NCBI RefSeq assembly: GCF_001194135.2
Contig: NC_068995.1
Location: 13,448,081-13,512,080 of the forward strand
DNA: 64,000 bases
Source: Octopus bimaculoides
Taxonomy: Eukaryota
Direction of reading: 5' to 3'
A program made the translations under genes and the position numbers. Of the stretch, positions 63,119 to 64,000 are shown one piece after another; the stretch's first letter is position 1; every line of letters starts with the position of its first letter. Below the pieces are notes generated by a model. That model was not told where the DNA came from. It did not search any database and saw only the letters and a list, made by a program, of their open reading frames with translations.

Positions 63119-63703
63119 CACAAACATACATACATAACAAGCTTCCGCGTAGTTTCTGTCAACCAAATTCCACTGCTATTAAAGCAGATACCTGTCCAAG
63201 ATGCCATGCAGTGGGATCAAAAACCTACTGCTTGAATCTTGGATTTTTTAGCCACACAGCCAGGCTTGCTAACAATGCTAAGTGATTCTTGTTCCCAGCA
63301 TTTTCTACCCAGTCCATAGCTGGATAAATAAACTAAAACATTTGGAAATTAAGTGTCCAAGTCCCAGAAAACACTTAGTGCTAATGATGAGATGTAGCCA
63401 GATGTTCTTCCTGTTGCGAACACTTAGATATTAACTGCTTTCCAAATCATGCGTGAATGTTTAGATTCTGTATTTTGCATTAAAAAAAAGCATTCTTTTG
63501 TAAATGGTGATGTTTGTTGGCAGTTCTCTGTCAAAAGATTATAGGCACAGGCATGGCTGTGTGGTTAGAAGTTTGCTTCTCAACCACACGGTTCCAGGTT
63601 CAGCCCCACTGCATGGCACCTTGTCTTCTACTATAGCCTTAGGCTGACCAAAGCCTTGTGAGTGGATTTGAGAGATGGAAACTGAAAGAGGCCCATCGTA
63701 TAT

Positions 63704-63734
<31 letters not shown>

Positions 63735-63744
63735 ATATATATAT

Positions 63745-64000
63745 ATATATGGGAGAATATACAAATAATAACAACAGACGAGGACAGGTGGTGTAAATAA
63801 CAAAAGTATATATTAGTATGACGCTCGGGAATACGGAAAGTCTTTGACGTTTCGAGCTACGCTGTTCAACAGAAAGAATACGGAGACAAGGAGAAAAACA
63901 CGGAGAAAAAAAATTGAATAGTGTTCAGTCAACGGTCAATCATAATAATGGCCGATCATAACAATGACTGACCGGAAGTTAGAAATTCTTATTTCAGGAG
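63745..64000 (-). mobile_element. Penelope-like terminal repeat with a degenerate minimal hammerhead (63841-63877)
   Basis: Minus strand reads UCUUU-CUGUUGA-A-CAGC-GUA-GCUC-GAAA-CGUC^AAAGA. Confidence 0.5.

Noticed and set aside
1-64000. CRISPR arrays, rRNA or bona fide tRNA genes
   Set aside because: None seen; all tRNA-like sequences are SINE heads without a complete cloverleaf and terminator.

Overview
AT-rich, microsatellite- and SINE-dense animal genomic DNA with many assembly gaps. The repeat content looks like a coleoid cephalopod, probably Octopus (inference). Three genes could be assembled by hand from splice sites and protein motifs: (1) the last two coding exons of STIMATE/TMEM110 (+; 3889-3972, 9554-9802); (2) a complete two-exon KPTN/kaptin gene, a KICSTOR subunit (-; 17052-16531, 14111-13077; 518 aa); (3) a complete six-exon RPL12 gene (+; 17239-25872; 165 aa). 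KPTN and RPL12 are head-to-head with only 186 bp between start codons. That spacer holds a TCT/5'TOP pyrimidine initiator flanked by two inverted ACCGGAA ETS-like sites, so an mTORC1 repressor appears to share a tiny promoter with a TOP-type mTORC1 output gene. The right half contains an unidentified multi-exon minus-strand gene candidate (28.9-47.8 kb), the first coding exons of an unidentified plus-strand gene (59.8-61.2 kb) and a promoter-like CpG patch near 50.2 kb. Mobile elements include several tRNA-derived SINE families, RTE-like pieces, hAT, pogo and mariner MITEs/relics, and Helitron pieces. There are also two Penelope-type minimal hammerhead ribozyme motifs (one with an intact core, antisense in RPL12 intron 5) and several long near-perfect palindromes. 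All calls are by eye; no database searches were run, and comparisons to human or yeast proteins are from memory.
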